A stretch of 64,000 nucleotides of DNA, taken from assembly GCA_028716945.1 (NCBI GenBank), contig JAQUOT010000001.1, positions 187,927 to 251,926 on the forward strand, written 5' to 3'. This DNA comes from Candidatus Nanoarchaeia archaeon (GTDB taxonomy: Archaea; Nanobdellota; Nanobdellia; SCGC-AAA011-G17; JAFCDX01). The position numbers and the translations under genes are program-made. This document shows positions 63,404 through 64,000 of this stretch, piece after piece (within the stretch, counting starts at the first letter, position 1; each line of letters opens with the position of its first letter). The notes below the pieces were generated by a model. It was not told the DNA's origin and ran no database searches. It was given only the letters and a program-made list of their open reading frames with translations.

Positions 63404-63459
63404 TTTATAAATCTGGCGCGCACATCTTGCAAGTTGCAATTTGTTAGAATATATATTTT
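63404..63459. repeat. Conserved 56-nt block upstream of LAGLIDADG paralog B
   Basis: tttataaatctggcgcgcacatcttgcaagttgcaatttgttagaatatatatttt is the counterpart of 18049..18105. It lies between tRNA-Asn and the endonuclease gene. Confidence 0.85.
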
Positions 63460-63488
63460 AGAGAATATATTTTAAATAAAAAGAAAAG

Positions 63489-63618
63489 CGCCTTAGGGAG
63501 GACTCGAACCTCCGACCACCTGATTAACAGTCTCACCTTTCCATATTGGAAAACAGGTGCTCTACCCTTCAGATCTTCTGAACCTAAAAGGCCAGATGGT
63601 TTGCTGAGCTACTAAGGC
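63489..63618 (-). tRNA. tRNA-Asn (anticodon GTT) with two introns (63567..63601 in the D-loop, 63532..63553 in the anticodon stem at 30/31)
   Basis: Read on the minus strand, the acceptor is GCCTTAG/CTAAGGC plus G73. After splicing the D-arm is GCTC-AGCAGGTA-GAGC and the anticodon arm CCTGA-CTGTTAA-TCAGG. The variable loop is TGGTC and the T-arm GGAGG-TTCGAGT-CCTCC, giving 73 nt. Both introns are bounded by BHB motifs (TCAG|CAA...CTGA|AGG and CACC|TGT|TTTCCA-ATA-TGGAAA|GGTG|AGA). Confidence 0.85.
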
Positions 63619-63657
63619 ATGATTTAAAAGACTTAGAATTAATTTAAAAAGGTTTCC

Positions 63658-64000
63658 TTAATCAATAAAGTCTTTATTCTTTATCTTTTCAGGCAGATAT
63701 TTATCAGAAATAAAGCTTATAATACCACTTCTTAATTTATAACTATCCGCCCATTTAGCATAAGCATTCCATCCATTAAAACTTTCTAATAGATTATCAT
63801 AAATAATTTCATTGTTTTTGTATTGAGATATTCTAAATAATATTTTTCTTATATTTCTTTTTCTTAATAATTTATGATAATAGAAATTTCTAAAACCTAC
63901 AAAGTCTATGCCTTTTGATAAAGAGATTATTTTTGATTTTTCTGAATGCAACTCTAGTTTTAGCTCTTTATTTAGGAAATTATTTATTTGTTCCTTCCAA
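63658..64000 (-). CDS. Reverse transcriptase, C-terminal part (N-terminus beyond the right window edge); compact DGR/retron-like rather than group II maturase-like
   Basis: The track ORF 63658..63951 begins at a TTG. The same frame stays open to the window edge (WKEQINNFLNKELKLELHSEKSKIISLSKGIDFVGF...). It shows the L.L..EK(T/S).I.....G..F(L/V)GF RT motif 6-7 pattern. Only about 75 aa follow the FVGF motif. Confidence 0.65.
   Translation of the reverse strand, partial: WKEQINNFLNKELKLELHSEKSKIISLSKGIDFVGFRNFYYHKLLRKRNIRKILFRISQYKNNEIIYDNLLESFNGWNAYAKWADSYKLRSGIISFISDKYLPEKIKNKDFID

Noticed and set aside
965-63459. Checked the three repeat pairs in the window as possible DGR template/variable repeats: 965..1182 with 3651..3868, 18049..18105 with 63404..63459, and 35531..35563 with 35765..35797.
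   Set aside because: The first and third pairs are perfectly identical, and the second differs by indels. None shows adenine-specific substitutions and none lies at the 3' end of a target ORF.
63658-63951. Track model of a complete 97-aa ORF starting at an alternative TTG codon.
   Set aside because: The reading frame continues open to the window edge and the upstream residues form RT motif 6. The gene is therefore a truncated view of a longer RT, not a 97-aa protein.
1-64000. Looked for CRISPR arrays, rRNA genes, integrases or transposases, and obvious defence or toxin-antitoxin operons.
   Set aside because: No regularly spaced direct repeats were seen. No rRNA-like GC-rich conserved stretches were seen. 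No ORF shows integrase, transposase, Cas or toxin motifs in the translations.

Overview
Strongly AT-rich, gene-dense archaeal window. The gene content fits a reduced DPANN-type genome (Woese-/Pace-/Nanoarchaeota-like). This is supported by archaeal-only ribosomal proteins (L19e, L32e, S4e, L14e, L34e, L39e, L31e, S19e), Cbf5, aRF1, Hjc, class I LysRS and a fused PriS-PriL primase, with adk and cmk absent from the secY neighbourhood. The backbone is the complete minus-strand ribosomal protein cluster from L3 to L15, followed by SecY, a DUF106 protein, L34e and L14e (38.3-53.2 kb). The window also holds four aminoacyl-tRNA synthetases (Val, Cys, Lys class I, Met) and several housekeeping genes. 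The most unusual content is RNA-level. Four of the five tRNA genes are interrupted, by seven short introns in total. All seven can be drawn by hand as bulge-helix-bulge (BHB) motifs that splice to textbook mature tRNAs. These are tRNA-Phe with 3 introns, tRNA-Asn with 2, tRNA-Gln with 1 in the D-loop, and tRNA-Ile with 1 at 38/39. Two paralogous LAGLIDADG endonuclease genes sit next to the two most fragmented tRNAs and share a conserved 57-nt upstream block. A third LAGLIDADG gene lies downstream of the tRNA-Gln/Glu pair. A compact reverse transcriptase, possibly DGR-type, runs off the right edge. Accessory and surface content includes three consecutive giant cysteine-rich surface-protein genes, two of which share a 218-bp identical promoter plus 5' module. 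There is also a tandem array of five small membrane-anchored cysteine-rich paralogs, a second surface-protein cluster at 29.7-35.9 kb, and a pilin-like gene. Other oddities are an aRF1 whose universal GGQ motif reads GGF, a MetRS split from its tRNA-binding domain by a Nudix remnant, a bacterial-type DisA, and a voltage-sensor-like protein without a pore. I found no rRNA genes and no CRISPR array. All calls rest on reading the supplied ORF translations and the raw sequence by eye; no database search was possible.
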